A stretch of DNA of 64,000 bases. It comes from Candidatus Latescibacterota bacterium. Its GTDB lineage: Bacteria; Latescibacterota; UBA2968; GCA-2709665. Of the stretch, positions 61,639-64,000 are shown one piece after another. The notes beneath the pieces are model-generated. The model worked only from the letters and a program-made list of their open reading frames with translations. It made no database searches and was not told the DNA's origin. How positions within the stretch are numbered: position 1 is the stretch's first letter; each line of letters starts with the position of its first letter. Position numbers and translations under genes: made by a program. The stretch is taken from the NCBI GenBank assembly GCA_965219455.1, contig OZ244744.1:5280001-5344000 (forward strand), written 5' to 3'.

Positions 61639-62928
61639 TCAGGTTTCAGGTCGAAATGCCGCTTCGAGATGCCGAATCTGTGGCGAATTGTCCACAAAGC
61701 AAACGGAAATCACGTCGAAACGCGGAGCCATGTCGGGGGCGGGATGGCGTTGGAGATATGCCCGTGCGACCCGGACAATCTGTCGTTGTTTTTCGAGGGT
61801 CACGCGTGTTTCAGGGGGGCCGAAGCCCTGCACGGCGGTGGCTTTTACTTCGACAAACGCAAGAGTACGGCCCCTGGAAACGATCAGATCAATTTCTCCT
61901 CCCGACGCCCGGTAATTTCGACGGAGAATCCGGTAGCCCGTTCGTGCGAGCATGGCGGCGGCCGCGTTCTCACCCCGTTTGCCGGCCCAGGAAAGACGGG
62001 CTTGTGCATTTTCGATGCGGGGGAGGCGTCTATCCTCGTCCGCCTTCGGCGGCGCGTCTCGAGCCCGGACGCCCCCGCAGGCCGCGGAATCGGGATCGGC
62101 AGGGCCCGCCGCAGCCTCGGTTCTAACGGCGAAATCTCGGGAATTTTCGGTGTGGACGGGCAACGGCACCCCTTTGAAGGATCGGCGGTGTATCCGACAG
62201 GGGCCATATATTCGGAGGGCCCGCCGGTGGTCGGCGCTGCCATACCCCTTGTGGTCGGAGAAGCCGTATTCCGGGAATTCGTTATGGTAGGCGAGCATTT
62301 TGCGGTCTCTGGTTACTTTGGCGAGGATGGATGCGGCCGCGATGGAGAGGGAAGCGGCGTCCCCGTCGATGACGGCGGATTCCGGATACGGGCTTCCGGG
62401 AACGCCCGAGCCGTCCACAAGAACGCGGTCGGGTGGCACGCCAAGCCGCCTGATGGCGCGTCGCATGGCCAGATAGGTGGCCTGCAGGATATTGAGACGG
62501 TCGATTTCTTCCGACGAGGCTTCGCCGATGCCATAGGCGACAGCGGTCTCTTTGATCCGTTCGTAAAGGCTCGCCCGCTTAAGAGGCGTGAGCAACTTGG
62601 AGTCGTTCAGCCCCGGGATCAGGGTCTCCCTCGGAAAAATCACCGCGGCGGCTACGACCGGACCGGCCAACGGCCCTCTCCCGGCTTCGTCGACGCCGGC
62701 GATGCGGCAGACGCCCCGCGCGTGCAACCGGTTTTCCAGAACCCGCATTTTCTCAAGGCGTGCACGTTCGGCCGCGATGGATTTTCGACGTCGACGCTCT
62801 TTGAGAGCCAGAATGCGAACGCCGGCGCGAGGATCGGCATCCAGGACATCCAGCAGCGCCAGGTCGATATGTTCCCGGCGACGGAGGAGATCGCGAACCT
62901 CGGAAATGGTGAGATCTGACAGGTCCAT
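61639..62928 (-). CDS. rnhB: Ribonuclease HII fused to a YraN (UPF0102) domain
   Basis: GVDEAGRGPLAGP, LNDSK, SIAAASILAK, then GKRGE...RNYR..GGEIDLI...FVEVK...RFDVI in the same frame. Confidence 0.88.
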   Translation of the reverse strand: MDLSDLTISEVRDLLRRREHIDLALLDVLDADPRAGVRILALKERRRRKSIAAERARLEKMRVLENRLHARGVCRIAGVDEAGRGPLAGPVVAAAVIFPRETLIPGLNDSKLLTPLKRASLYERIKETAVAYGIGEASSEEIDRLNILQATYLAMRRAIRRLGVPPDRVLVDGSGVPGSPYPESAVIDGDAASLSIAAASILAKVTRDRKMLAYHNEFPEYGFSDHKGYGSADHRRALRIYGPCRIHRRSFKGVPLPVHTENSRDFAVRTEAAAGPADPDSAACGGVRARDAPPKADEDRRLPRIENAQARLSWAGKRGENAAAAMLARTGYRILRRNYRASGGEIDLIVSRGRTLAFVEVKATAVQGFGPPETRVTLEKQRQIVRVARAYLQRHPAPDMAPRFDVISVCFVDNSPQIRHLEAAFRPET

Positions 62929-63356
62929 GGGAACGGGCATCCGTCCGGTGATACGAGTTTATGAAGCCAGAGAGAGGTATTCTGCCTGGAACGAACGCCA
63001 TACGTCAGAACCCCTGCGCTTTTCCGTTAAATTATGGTCGAATGCCAGTGAACATGCAAGAAAAAGCGGCCTGGCCGTCGCCAATGACGCGGCGAATCAG
63101 GAAGCTCGCTCCAAAACGAAGGACATCCGGGTCGGCCTTGGTGGATCCTGCGGTGTTGCGGCACTCGTTGCGCTCCCGGTTGCCGGGGGCAAATCCGCAG
63201 AAGGGTCAGGACCGCCTGGGCGTCCCGAAAAGTTGAATTCCGAAAGGTATATTTATATATTTGGATATCGTCGCCTGTTCGCGGGCTGCACGGGTCTTTC
63301 CGGATGGGCTCTCGAGTCGGCACCTCCAGAAGGTGCAATCGTTCAAGGAGAAAGTC

Positions 63357-64000
63357 GTGGAACCTCGTTCCGGAAACGACAACTTCCGAAAGCTGCTGCG
63401 GTTCGCCCGCCCCTACGCACCGCGTCTGGCGACAGCGCTGGGCCTGACCGTCCTGTTGGCGTTTCTGGAGATGGCGCCGCCGCTGATTACCATGTACATC
63501 GTGGACGAGGTTATCGTGGTGGGCAGGTGGGAAATGCTGGAGGCGGCACTGGCGTTACTGATCCTCGCACCGGCGCTCGCCGCGGGCCTGCGCGTGGTGA
63601 ACGCATTTACGTTTTCGTACGTCTCCAACCGACTGATCATGAATGTCCGCATGACGTTATATGAACATGTATTCCGGCTTTCCCTTGGGTACCATGAAGA
63701 AATGGGTACCGGAAAGGTAATGTCAAGGTTGATGGGGGACGTGGCAACGGTGCGGCAGATGGTCTCGATGCAAATGCTGCGCGTGATAACGGATTTCGTA
63801 TCGATCATCGCGGCGATGGCGATCTGTTACGGGCTGAACTGGAAGCTGGCGCTCCTGATGACCGTTCTGATACCCCTGTACTTTTTCAACTACAGGATTT
63901 TCGTAGGGCCGATACGCGTTTCAAGCCGGCGGTGGCGGCGGAAAATGGACGATGTGTCCGTGGGGCTGCAGGAGAGGCTGAGCGGGGCAATGCTGGTGAA
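63357..64000 (+). CDS. ABC exporter transmembrane domain (3'-partial)
   Basis: AAGGAG RBS + GTG; own translation LLRFARPY...LSLGYHEEMGTGKVMSRLMGDV...LQERLSG. Confidence 0.85.
   Translation, partial: MEPRSGNDNFRKLLRFARPYAPRLATALGLTVLLAFLEMAPPLITMYIVDEVIVVGRWEMLEAALALLILAPALAAGLRVVNAFTFSYVSNRLIMNVRMTLYEHVFRLSLGYHEEMGTGKVMSRLMGDVATVRQMVSMQMLRVITDFVSIIAAMAICYGLNWKLALLMTVLIPLYFFNYRIFVGPIRVSSRRWRRKMDDVSVGLQERLSGAMLV

Overview
High-GC bacterial chromosomal window. The cohesin, EF-hand/dockerin-like, FlgD-Ig and plant-type LRR secreted proteins suggest an FCB-group bacterium such as Ca. Latescibacterota, possibly host-associated (inference). There are three zones. (1) 1-27.4 kb: catabolic and metabolic genes (transglutaminase-like protein, an active/inactive CE7 esterase pair, two CehA/McbA-like metallohydrolases, amidohydrolases, TIM-barrel isomerases, GalB-like protein), asd under a lysine riboswitch, and a tamA-tamB pair. 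(2) About 27.4-51.7 kb: an accessory island immediately downstream of tRNA-fMet. It has three Rpn/YhgA-like PD-(D/E)XK nuclease genes, each with a strong internal in-frame RBS+ATG. A duplicated module carries a candidate ~118-nt sRNA (TTGACA-17-TAtnTT promoter, intrinsic terminator) facing a palindrome-overlapped opposing promoter. It also holds two tandem LRR-cohesin/dockerin plus cohesin-FlgD gene pairs, a Type IIG-like RM gene broken by two amber codons and an IS1380, a GIY-YIG nuclease and a 160-bp MITE (second copy at 24.7 kb). (3) 51.8-64 kb: housekeeping genes (hlyC/corC, ybeY, 7TM-HD, phoH, LysM, aspS, hisS, an rnhB-yraN fusion, partial ABC transporter).
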